Of a stretch of 6,567 nt of DNA, positions 1 to 6,440 are shown in pieces. Made by a program: the position numbers and the translations under genes. The stretch comes from a virus (lineage: Duplodnaviria > Heunggongvirae > Uroviricota > Caudoviricetes): the IMG/VR virus record IMGVR_UViG_2645727604_000023; one strand, given 5' to 3'. The notes beneath the pieces are model-generated. The model was given only the letters and a program-made list of their open reading frames with translations, did not search any database and had not been told where the DNA came from. Position 1 is the stretch's first letter. Each line of letters starts with the position of its first letter.

Positions 1-405
1 ATGGATCAGGTCGTTGTTTTTCAAAAGATGTTTGAGCAAGTGAGAAAAGAGCAAAACTTCTCCTGGTTTTATTCAGAATTAAAACATCACCGTATTGCAC
101 ATTACATTTATTATCTGGCTACGGATAACATCAGAATTATTACTCACGATGACACGGTTTTATTATTAAGAGGAACCAGGAACCTGTTAAAAGTTAGTAC
201 AACCAAGAACCCTGCTAAAATAAAAGAGGCCGCATTGCTTCATATTCGCGGAAAATCTACATTTCGGGAATACTGTTCAACACTGGCAGGCGCTGGCGTT
301 TTCCGGTGGGTTACTGATGTTAATTATAACAAACGCAGTTACTACGCCATTGATAATACGCTTTTATATATTGAAGATGTAGAAAATAATAAACCATTAA
401 TCTAG
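1..405 (+). CDS. DUF1398-family small protein (YcgX/YbcV/YdfO-like), function unknown
   Basis: 134-aa ORF beginning at window position 1 (upstream context not visible). The protein resembles the E. coli DUF1398 paralog family from memory, not from a search. AT-rich, on the chromosomal side of the icd-fragment junction. Confidence 0.6.
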   Translation: MDQVVVFQKMFEQVRKEQNFSWFYSELKHHRIAHYIYYLATDNIRIITHDDTVLLLRGTRNLLKVSTTKNPAKIKEAALLHIRGKSTFREYCSTLAGAGVFRWVTDVNYNKRSYYAIDNTLLYIEDVENNKPLI

Positions 406-612
406 CTAAAGTTGGGAGCTTAAGAAATGCTTCATAATTCAGTAAGGCATTAGCATAATGGAAATAAAAGTGCAGAGACCATCCCTATGGATGATTAATA
501 CTGTCTTTTTATTGCCCCCCATAAATAATCACCAGACCAATACGATCAAATTGATATTTGAAATGTGTTCACTTGACTTTTGATACGTTATTTTATAACG
601 GTTAACATATTT

Positions 613-653
613 ATAAAAACAACGGGCGTGTTATACGCCCGTTACAGTTTTTA
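613..653. terminator. Bidirectional rho-independent terminator (icd 3' end, and possibly the convergent upstream gene)
   Basis: Perfect 9-bp stem aacgggcgt (621-629) / acgcccgtt (635-643) with a 5-nt loop. It is flanked by an A-run on one side (ataaaaac, 613-620) and a T-run on the other (gttttta, 647-653), so each strand sees hairpin plus U-tract. It lies 14 nt beyond the icd-fragment stop. Confidence 0.55.
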
Positions 654-666
654 ACGCATGCAGAAA

Positions 667-831
667 TTACATATTCTTGATGATCGCGTCACCAAACTCT
701 GAACATTTCAGCAGTTTAGCGCCTTCCATCAGACGTTCGAAGTCATAGGTTACGGTCTTCGCATTGATTGCGCCTTCCATACCTTTAACAATCAGGTCAG
801 CCGCTTCAGTCCAACCCATATGGCGCAGCAT
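667..831 (-). pseudogene. icdC: Displaced 3' fragment of isocitrate dehydrogenase (icdC-like), last 54 codons plus stop
   Basis: Minus-strand translation gives [54 protein letters not shown], recognisable as the Icd C-terminus. The reading frame has no upstream continuation: sequence past 831 is unrelated AT-rich DNA. Confidence 0.8.
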
Positions 832-840
832 TAGTTAGAT
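820..840. other. Prophage/chromosome junction (attR side) inside icd
   Basis: Icd-coding homology ends abruptly at 831/832; on the minus strand the codon expected upstream of MLRH is replaced by unrelated AT-rich sequence. e14 is known to integrate in the 3' end of icd. Confidence 0.55.
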
Positions 841-889
841 GACTAAATCATAACTATTTGACATAGCAACATAATTTTACTAATTTGCA

Positions 890-926
890 TATAACTCATT
901 AGCTCTTAGCATTTCTATAACTCATT
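890..926. repeat. Direct repeats tataactcatt (890-900 and 916-926) in the AT-rich prophage arm
   Basis: Exact 11-bp direct repeat 26 bp apart, with a third ataact copy at 850-855, within 100 bp of the att junction. Candidate integrase arm-type or other protein-binding sites; function not demonstrated. Confidence 0.3.
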
Positions 927-1064
927 GATTATAAACATGTGTTTTTGAGTTTTGATAACCATTTTTAGCATAAAAATAGCTGTTAACATTTGCAGAAATT
1001 AAGATCAGAGAAAATTTTTACCCTGTAGGGTATTACGTCTTAAATGTGACTTTAATAAACAATT

Positions 1065-1898
1065 TTATTTCTGTAATCGGTTTATATTAACGTAAAGCAT
1101 CTCGATTAGTTCTTTTGCATTTTTACTATAGTGTAATTCTCTATGACAATTCGGACAAAGGGCAACACAGTTATCTGTTGTATCAGCACCACCTGAAGAC
1201 AGAGGAATTACATGATGCACTTCCAAATATGGGTTTCCATCATTTAAATAAAACGGAGCATTTTTACCACAGTTTTCACATATACCTTTACTTTGCTGTA
1301 AAATCCAAGCTTTTACCATCGGGTCTCGAACATAAACTTTTTGTAGTCTTTCTACCTCAACTGGTTTCCTGGAGCCCTCGGGTTGACTCAACGTTTTCTT
1401 AATTAATTTACTAACCCTCATATTCAGAAGCGATTCATCATCTGTAGGCTGTGAAAGCTCTGATAGTTCTCCACGTATTATAGACGCCCAAAAACTGTCA
1501 CTATAAATTCCTGGAACATTTATCAATATTCGTTTCGTTCTATTGCCGGAAGGAATTTCCTTTCTCCCCGTACGACTAAAATAAGCCTGATAACCACACA
1601 TCTTCAAGCGTATATCGCGGGGGCTATTACCAATCAAAGTAAAATATTCACCAGGATGGATTTTTCTTTCATCCAAAGAATGCATATGTTTTCTGACTGA
1701 TGATGACGCCAGATATACTACGACTTGGGATACACCAGAATCAACCAACCGTTCAATGATATAATCAAGAGCGATATTGTAATCTTTGTTTCTGTCACCC
1801 GGCCCCCACGACTCAAGGATTAGACCATAAACACCATCCTCTTCACCTATCGAGCACTCAGCTTTCAGTTCAATTCCATTATTATCAAAAACATGCAT
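1065..1898 (-). CDS. mcrA: McrA, 5-methylcytosine-specific (Type IV) restriction endonuclease with C-terminal HNH nuclease
   Basis: 277-aa ORF with N-terminus MHVFDNNGIELKAECSIGEEDGVYGL. C-terminal Cys/His HNH motif CENCGKNAPFYLNDGNPYLEVHHVIPLSSGGADTTDNCVALCPNCH. Size and sequence match my recollection of E. coli McrA; position next to pin at the prophage end also fits. Confidence 0.9.
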   Translation of the reverse strand: MHVFDNNGIELKAECSIGEEDGVYGLILESWGPGDRNKDYNIALDYIIERLVDSGVSQVVVYLASSSVRKHMHSLDERKIHPGEYFTLIGNSPRDIRLKMCGYQAYFSRTGRKEIPSGNRTKRILINVPGIYSDSFWASIIRGELSELSQPTDDESLLNMRVSKLIKKTLSQPEGSRKPVEVERLQKVYVRDPMVKAWILQQSKGICENCGKNAPFYLNDGNPYLEVHHVIPLSSGGADTTDNCVALCPNCHRELHYSKNAKELIEMLYVNINRLQK

Positions 1899-1926
1899 AA
1901 TATTAATCTTTAATCAATTTTTCACG

Positions 1927-1956
1927 ACAATACTACTTTTATTGATAAAATTGCAA
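1927..1956 (-). promoter_or_regulatory. Candidate sigma70 promoter for mcrA
   Basis: On the minus strand: TTGCAA (-35, 1951-1956), 18-bp spacer, TATTGT (-10, 1927-1932), about 30 nt upstream of the mcrA ATG. Sequence-only guess with a suboptimal spacer. Confidence 0.2.
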
Positions 1957-2004
1957 CAAGTTGCTGTTGTTTTACTTTCTTTTGTACACAAAGTGTCTTT
2001 AACT

Positions 2005-2559
2005 TTATTTATCCTCTGCAGGAAACCTCTTATACAAAGTTGACACACCAACATCATAGATAATCGCCACCTTCTGGCGAGGAACTCCTGATGCAATTAA
2101 TCGTCCGGCCTGTGCCCATTGTTCTGGTGTAAGTTTGGGACGACGTCCACCAATTCGCCCCTGTGCGCGAGCAGCTTCCAGTCCAGCTTTTGTTCGTTCA
2201 ACAATCAGTTCACGCTCCATTTCAGCCAGGGCACCCATCACATGAAAGAAAAAGCGTCCCATTGGTGTGCTGGTATCAATTGAATCCGTCAGACTACGAA
2301 AGTTGATGCCTCGTTCGCGCAACTCCTCCACCAACACGACAAGATGCCGCATACTACGCCCCAGCCGATCCAGCTTCCAGACAACCAGAGTGTCACCTGC
2401 CGATAATGTCCTGAGCAGTTTTTTCAGTCCCGGCCTTTCGGACTTTGTGCCGCTTATCTTGTCTTCAAAAATCAGCTCGCATCCTGCACAGTTCAGCGCA
2501 TTACGTTGTAGATCTGTGTTCTGGTCATTTGTTGATACGCGTACATAGCCAATAAGCAT
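2005..2559 (-). CDS. pin: Pin-type serine DNA invertase (Hin/Gin/Cin/Pin family)
   Basis: 184 aa from the start MLIGYVRVSTNDQ, which has the catalytic-serine motif of serine recombinases, and a C-terminal HTH (GVPRQKVAIIYDVGVSTLYKRF). A strong SD (GGGGGAG) sits about 5 nt upstream of this ATG. The ORF track's longer 2005-2595 version starts at an upstream ATG with no SD. Confidence 0.9.
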   Translation of the reverse strand: MLIGYVRVSTNDQNTDLQRNALNCAGCELIFEDKISGTKSERPGLKKLLRTLSAGDTLVVWKLDRLGRSMRHLVVLVEELRERGINFRSLTDSIDTSTPMGRFFFHVMGALAEMERELIVERTKAGLEAARAQGRIGGRRPKLTPEQWAQAGRLIASGVPRQKVAIIYDVGVSTLYKRFPAEDK

Positions 2560-2585
2560 GGTAGCTCCCCCTGACAAAAGCAGGA

Positions 2586-2975
2586 ATGATGCCATTTGCT
2601 CGTTATTTCTGCATTTTCATAAACGTTGGTTTGGGAGAATTATCTCTGGCTGGCACTGCATCGGGTGTCATTGGCCTGAATGGGTATGTAACGATCCCGT
2701 TAATTATTTCAGGTTCCCGGAGAACACTGATTATTCAGTGGGGGCAGGCGAGATTTGGTGGGTCTGGTGGTGAAGATGCCGGATATCTTAACGATTTTCC
2801 TTTTGCCTTTCCGTCAGCATGTTATGGAATGATAGTTAGTCATGTGGGGCATACACCTTCAGGCGCAGGAATCCTGTCGGCTTCTGCAATTACATCAAAT
2901 CAGTTCCGCGGTTTTTCAAGCATAGCGACTGCTGCAAACGCTGTATTAGGTCGTTATATCGCTATAGGGGTGTAA
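2586..2975 (+). CDS. Promoterless alternative tail-fibre C-terminal cassette (Sv'-like), silent in this orientation
   Basis: The ORF crosses the left inversion site, whose conserved core encodes GLGE (codons 15-18). From the crossover the frame continues for 111 codons to a TAA that is coupled to the next gene (TAATATG). It has no plausible independent start context, so the functional unit is probably the portion from about 2628 onward, fused to the constant fibre N-terminus after inversion. Confidence 0.6.
   Translation: MMPFARYFCIFINVGLGELSLAGTASGVIGLNGYVTIPLIISGSRRTLIIQWGQARFGGSGGEDAGYLNDFPFAFPSACYGMIVSHVGHTPSGAGILSASAITSNQFRGFSSIATAANAVLGRYIAIGV
2614..2639. repeat. Left inversion crossover site (hix/gix-like 26-bp site)
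   Basis: Minus strand reads TTCTCCCAAACCAA-CGTTT; its first 14 bp are identical to the right site at 4498-4511 in inverted orientation, and 18 of the first 19 bp match. It fits the invertase-site pattern TTnnnnAAACC-NN-GGTTTnnnnAA and lies immediately upstream of pin. Confidence 0.75.
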
Positions 2976-2976
2976 T

Positions 2977-3414
2977 ATGTTTTATAGTCCATCTTTAAAC
3001 ATTTTTGTGAATCCTGCACTTAAGGATGATTACATTAATGCAAATTCATGGCCAGATGATGCTCTGGCTGTCAGTGATGATGTTTATAATGAATTTGCAA
3101 TCAATACGCCTCCAGATGACAAAATTCGTGTTGCAGGAAAAAATGGATTACCCACATGGGCACTAATACCTCCACCATCACATGAAGAACTTATTCAACA
3201 GGCAGAATCAGAAAGGCAATTATTGCTTAATCAGGCCAACGAATACATGAACAGTAAGCAATGGCCCGGTAAAGCCGCTATTGGTCGTCTGAAAGGTGAT
3301 GAACTGGCGCAATATAATTTGTGGCTGGATTATCTGGACGCACTGGAGCTGATCGATACTTCCGGTGCGCCAGATATTGAATGGCCTACGCCTCCGGCAG
3401 TTCAGGCCAGATGA
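2977..3414 (+). CDS. Tail-fibre assembly protein (Tfa/U'-like), partner of the silent cassette
   Basis: 145-aa ORF with SD AGGGG 6 nt upstream. Its C-terminus LDYLDALELIDTSGAPDIEWP resembles the conserved C-terminal motif of caudoviral tail-fibre assembly chaperones and the C-terminus of the convergent gene at 3386-3979. Confidence 0.75.
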   Translation: MFYSPSLNIFVNPALKDDYINANSWPDDALAVSDDVYNEFAINTPPDDKIRVAGKNGLPTWALIPPPSHEELIQQAESERQLLLNQANEYMNSKQWPGKAAIGRLKGDELAQYNLWLDYLDALELIDTSGAPDIEWPTPPAVQAR

Positions 3415-3979
3415 CATCCGGCGCTGTGCTGGTATCTGTTGCCGTCACCGCGTCAATGTAATCCAGCACAGCGTTAAGTCGGGTGTTTTCTGGCTGCGTC
3501 AGCTTCCGCCCAGCCTGTAATTTCAGTTGAATCAGACTGATGGAAGCCATTGCAGCATCAATCAGCGACTGGCGCTGTGCTTCTGCCGCTTCTACTGCGG
3601 CGCTATGCTGTGCCTCGGTATCCGTCACCCATTTCTCACCATCCCATTTATCGTATGGCGTTAACGGTGAAAGCGTGACATAACCGTCTTTGATGGCACC
3701 GATATAATCCACTGTAACAGCTGCGCCATTTTCAGTTGAGTAAACGGTCTCATTGCGATGGTCTTCTTCATGGCTCCATCCCTTACCCGTAAATACTGCC
3801 ACTTTTCCCGGGATGTTTTCGCCCGGGTCAATACCAGTGGAACAGGCGGGTATACTTACGCCAGTATTAATATATTCATCAGACCAGCCGGTATATTCAT
3901 ACGTTACTGCATTATAATAAAAACAACGCATATCGCCCGGCACTGTAGCCAGCCAATTTTCATCAAAAACAGGTATCAT
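3386..3979 (-). CDS. Tail-fibre assembly protein (Tfa/U-like), expressed-orientation partner
   Basis: 197-aa ORF; its start overlaps the tail-fibre stop (TAATG); SD GAGGG upstream. C-terminus LDYIDAVTATDTSTAPDVIWPELPEA is the Tfa C-terminal motif. Its 3' end overlaps the convergent tfa' gene by 29 bp. Confidence 0.8.
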   Translation of the reverse strand: MIPVFDENWLATVPGDMRCFYYNAVTYEYTGWSDEYINTGVSIPACSTGIDPGENIPGKVAVFTGKGWSHEEDHRNETVYSTENGAAVTVDYIGAIKDGYVTLSPLTPYDKWDGEKWVTDTEAQHSAAVEAAEAQRQSLIDAAMASISLIQLKLQAGRKLTQPENTRLNAVLDYIDAVTATDTSTAPDVIWPELPEA

Positions 3980-4800
3980 TATTTAGCCCTCACCAGAAAG
4001 TTGAATGCAATATTTCGTGGACGGGTTTCTGTATCTACATTTCCACTAATTTCACCATAACGTTTAACACTACGAGAGCTAAGAGCTCGTAGTGAGGAAG
4101 GCACATTAAGACCGGGTTCGTCCGTTTTAACTATTCCCCCGTCACCGTATGTAGCCAGTATTCCTGGGTTTACTCCTTCCCGTGCACTTCCTGCGGCAAG
4201 CCCGTCCCCCGTCCACAATTCCATATTGTGTGCATGATCCATAATTGTGTGTGATTGCCCTGAAAGTAGGGTACGTCCGACATCAATCCCGCGCCCATCA
4301 TCCCAGATACGAATGAAATCACCCCGTGCGTCAGGTAATGCTAGCGCCGGAAACACTTTCGCCAGCACAGGGTAATCAGTGGCAGAGAATTTCGCGCCGT
4401 TGAACTTCAAAAACACCATACTGGACCAACTGTCGATTACAGTATTTGGCATTGCGGCGGACGGCCAGAAGAACGGAACGCCAATACCTGGAGCACCTTC
4501 TCCCAAACCAAGGTTTTCGAGAGCCGTTTTCACCGTGCCATCCGATTTGATATCGCCAAACGGATTCTTGCGGCTTAACAGCAGCGCACGAAGCGCGGTA
4601 AGCAGCTGGTCATGCCGCCCCTTCTCCAGGCTGGCACCGGATGCCTCCACCACGCTGCAAAGCTCCTCCTGCAACATATCAAAGTAGTCATCATCAAGAT
4701 CGGTGGCAGGCGTGCCGGTCTGGGGGTTACCACGGGTAAAACCGTTCTTACCCGCGCCGAACTTATCCTTCTGCGCGGTTTTCGTGTCTATACGATGCAT
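3979..4800 (-). CDS. Tail-fibre protein: about 100-aa constant N-terminus (Mu S-like) fused to the currently active variable C-terminus
   Basis: 273-aa ORF with GGAG SD. The N-terminal stretch [17 protein letters not shown] resembles the Mu S / P2-type fibre N-terminus. The right inversion site lies in-frame at codons 95-101 (ENLGLGE). The C-terminal part carries a tail-collar-like motif (NG...YP.L...[19 protein letters not shown]). Confidence 0.8.
   Translation of the reverse strand: MHRIDTKTAQKDKFGAGKNGFTRGNPQTGTPATDLDDDYFDMLQEELCSVVEASGASLEKGRHDQLLTALRALLLSRKNPFGDIKSDGTVKTALENLGLGEGAPGIGVPFFWPSAAMPNTVIDSWSSMVFLKFNGAKFSATDYPVLAKVFPALALPDARGDFIRIWDDGRGIDVGRTLLSGQSHTIMDHAHNMELWTGDGLAAGSAREGVNPGILATYGDGGIVKTDEPGLNVPSSLRALSSRSVKRYGEISGNVDTETRPRNIAFNFLVRAK
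4498..4523. repeat. Right inversion crossover site (hix/gix-like), inside the tail-fibre coding sequence
   Basis: TTCTCCCAAACC-AA-GGTTTTCGAGAG, an imperfect dyad around a central AA. It is the inverted partner of 2614-2639. Confidence 0.75.
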
Positions 4801-4803
4801 GGA

Positions 4804-5388
4804 TTACTCCGGATATTTAAAAATTACGTAGGTATGCGACGGGCAGAGTTTGTTAAGCACACACTCGACAACGGTGTCGCCCCAGATACGCAGCGCGGAA
4901 TCACAGGGATCGCCACATGTCATCCAGGTGGTGTTGGTGGCGGCTGGCATGTTGACCTGCCAGTAATACCGCCATTCAGGCGCATTCACAGCGTCAGTAC
5001 AGGCCGATGAGCAGGTGAACGTGCTTTTGTCGTATCGCGTGATGGTGGCATCTGGCCTGCCCAGGGCAGCAAGCTGTGCAAGATAAAAATCCTCGTTGAT
5101 GCCGCCCGCCAGGTTAACCTTCGCATCCAGCCGTTGCTGACGCTGGCGAAGGGTCTGCGCTCCCGCCGGAATACATTCATCCGGCAGACCGCACAGACGC
5201 TCCCAGCGGTTTATCAGTTCAGTGGTGGTGCGCGGATCCAGCTCCCGCATCAGGGCATCCGCACGCTGATGAACGCGGGTTAATGACGGTGCCGCACCGG
5301 CAATCGCCGGATCGCTGGCTGACCACGCCGGACCGGGGGGCAACAGTGCCGACAACAGACGGATGTAATCATCGTTTGTCACGTCCAT
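4804..5388 (-). CDS. Mu gp48-like tail/baseplate protein (YmfQ-like, DUF2313 family)
   Basis: 194-aa ORF directly upstream of the tail-fibre gene, with a 3-nt gap. Its start overlaps the stop of the upstream J-like gene. Family assignment is from position and recalled similarity, not a search. Confidence 0.75.
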   Translation of the reverse strand: MDVTNDDYIRLLSALLPPGPAWSASDPAIAGAAPSLTRVHQRADALMRELDPRTTTELINRWERLCGLPDECIPAGAQTLRQRQQRLDAKVNLAGGINEDFYLAQLAALGRPDATITRYDKSTFTCSSACTDAVNAPEWRYYWQVNMPAATNTTWMTCGDPCDSALRIWGDTVVECVLNKLCPSHTYVIFKYPE

Positions 5389-6440
5389 GAAATCGTCCCC
5401 AGAACCGCCAGTTCATTTTTCGCAATGGAGATATTGTCTGCCGGTGCAAGCAACTGATGGCTATATTCCCCGTTCGCACCGGAAATCGCCTCACTGATAC
5501 GCGATACCTTCAGTTCTCCCTGCGGATAACCATCACGCAGAAGAAACGAACGCAACTCCGCGGTGATGGCAGCCCGTATTTCCGGTGTGTCCGGCGTCAC
5601 GCGGATATGAAAATCCACCGTATGCGCCACCGGCCTGAATACATACAAATCAGAGCCTGCCACCGGGGCCAGTGGCACAATATGTTGTCTTGCCGCCGTT
5701 TCCGTTGATTCTTCCGGAATGGGATTAATCAGGTCACTGCTGGCAATCATCACACCGACAGTTCCCGTTCCCATCCAGTGACGGTATGTCCATGCGCGGG
5801 TAATGCCGGGCACTTCTTTAGCCCAGACGACATAGTCCACGTCAGCCCCGCCCTGAGGCGTCCAGTAATACCGCTCAATGACGCGGGCGCGCCACGTTTC
5901 CAGATCTTCAGTATCAAATCCGCCTGTAAGGGTGTCAGCCACACCGGAAGACGGCAGACCATTCACCGGCGTGACCAGGATTAATGACGTACCGTCGTCA
6001 GCGTTACCGACCGCACCTGAACTTGAGCAGGCGATCGGCACGCGCAGGACACCACCGGAGCTGGTTGCATCGGCAGTTGCCGTGTACTGAACCAGGTCAT
6101 CGCGCTGAATAACACTCCCGGCGGTCACCTTCAGGCCATCATCGCTGACACCTTCCCAGCGCATATACCCGCTGGCAGCCGTGGCCCCCTTGCGCGGACA
6201 CCGTTTCATCGCAGCATGTCGCGCCAGCCAGGACTCATCGCACAGGTCAGGCAGCATGTTCATTGCCAGATAATCGATGTAACCGTAAACCGTATGCAGC
6301 GCCGCCGCATACACCTTTGCCCGCACGTCTTCATCCATGCGCCGGAGCGTGTCGCTGACGTCCAGCCTGGCGAATAAATCGTTACGGAGCATACTGATAT
6401 TTTCTGCCAGCGTCGGGCGCTGAAATTCACTGTCCGCCAT
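5379..6440 (-). CDS. Baseplate J-like protein (Mu gp47 / P2 gpJ family)
   Basis: 353-aa ORF on the minus strand in a GC-rich region. Located between the gp46-like and gp48-like genes, as in Mu. The many small overlapping ORFs in the track here are out-of-frame artefacts. Confidence 0.75.
   Translation of the reverse strand: MADSEFQRPTLAENISMLRNDLFARLDVSDTLRRMDEDVRAKVYAAALHTVYGYIDYLAMNMLPDLCDESWLARHAAMKRCPRKGATAASGYMRWEGVSDDGLKVTAGSVIQRDDLVQYTATADATSSGGVLRVPIACSSSGAVGNADDGTSLILVTPVNGLPSSGVADTLTGGFDTEDLETWRARVIERYYWTPQGGADVDYVVWAKEVPGITRAWTYRHWMGTGTVGVMIASSDLINPIPEESTETAARQHIVPLAPVAGSDLYVFRPVAHTVDFHIRVTPDTPEIRAAITAELRSFLLRDGYPQGELKVSRISEAISGANGEYSHQLLAPADNISIAKNELAVLGTISWT

Larger units (their letters stand above)
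2627..4510. other. Pin-invertible segment (about 1.88 kb) carrying two alternative tail-fibre C-termini and their two assembly chaperones
   Basis: Bounded by the two inverted crossover sites. Contents are arranged as convergent mirror-image cassettes (stf'-tfa' on plus, stf-variable-tfa on minus), as in the Mu G, P1 C and e14 P segments. Confidence 0.75.

Noticed and set aside
458-583. 41-aa plus-strand ORF and a 27-aa minus-strand ORF in the spacer between the DUF1398 gene and the terminator
   Set aside because: No SD sequences and no recognisable protein features. I could find no iraM-like ORF in this spacer.
1001-1032. Short hairpin taccctgtagggta (1019-1032) just downstream of the mcrA stop, as a possible terminator
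   Set aside because: Only a 5-bp stem, and on the transcribed (minus) strand it is followed by AAAATTTT rather than an immediate U-tract. Too weak to call.
1115-1402. 95-aa plus-strand ORF
   Set aside because: Entirely antisense to and within mcrA, with no ribosome-binding site. Expected by chance in AT-rich coding DNA.
1914-2096. 60-aa minus-strand ORF
   Set aside because: Overlaps the pin 3' end in another frame and spans the pin-mcrA intergenic region. Low-complexity product and no SD.
2560-2595. Upstream in-frame ATG extending pin to 196 aa (MASFLLLSGGATM...)
   Set aside because: The internal ATG at 2559 has a strong SD and gives the canonical invertase N-terminus MLIGYVRVS. The extension has no SD and would run into the crossover site.
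2560-2660. Possible pin promoter overlapping the left crossover site
   Set aside because: The best -10/-35 candidates (TATGAA, TTCTCC) match consensus poorly. It cannot be distinguished from chance without transcript mapping.
2267-2773. Plus-strand ORFs 2267-2548 (93 aa) and 2558-2773 (71 aa)
   Set aside because: The first is antisense within pin. The second is an alternative frame across the crossover site and the silent fibre cassette. Neither has a start context.
3220-4060. ORFs 3220-3417 (-, 65 aa) and 3758-4060 (+, 100 aa)
   Set aside because: Out-of-frame or antisense overlaps within the two tail-fibre assembly genes.
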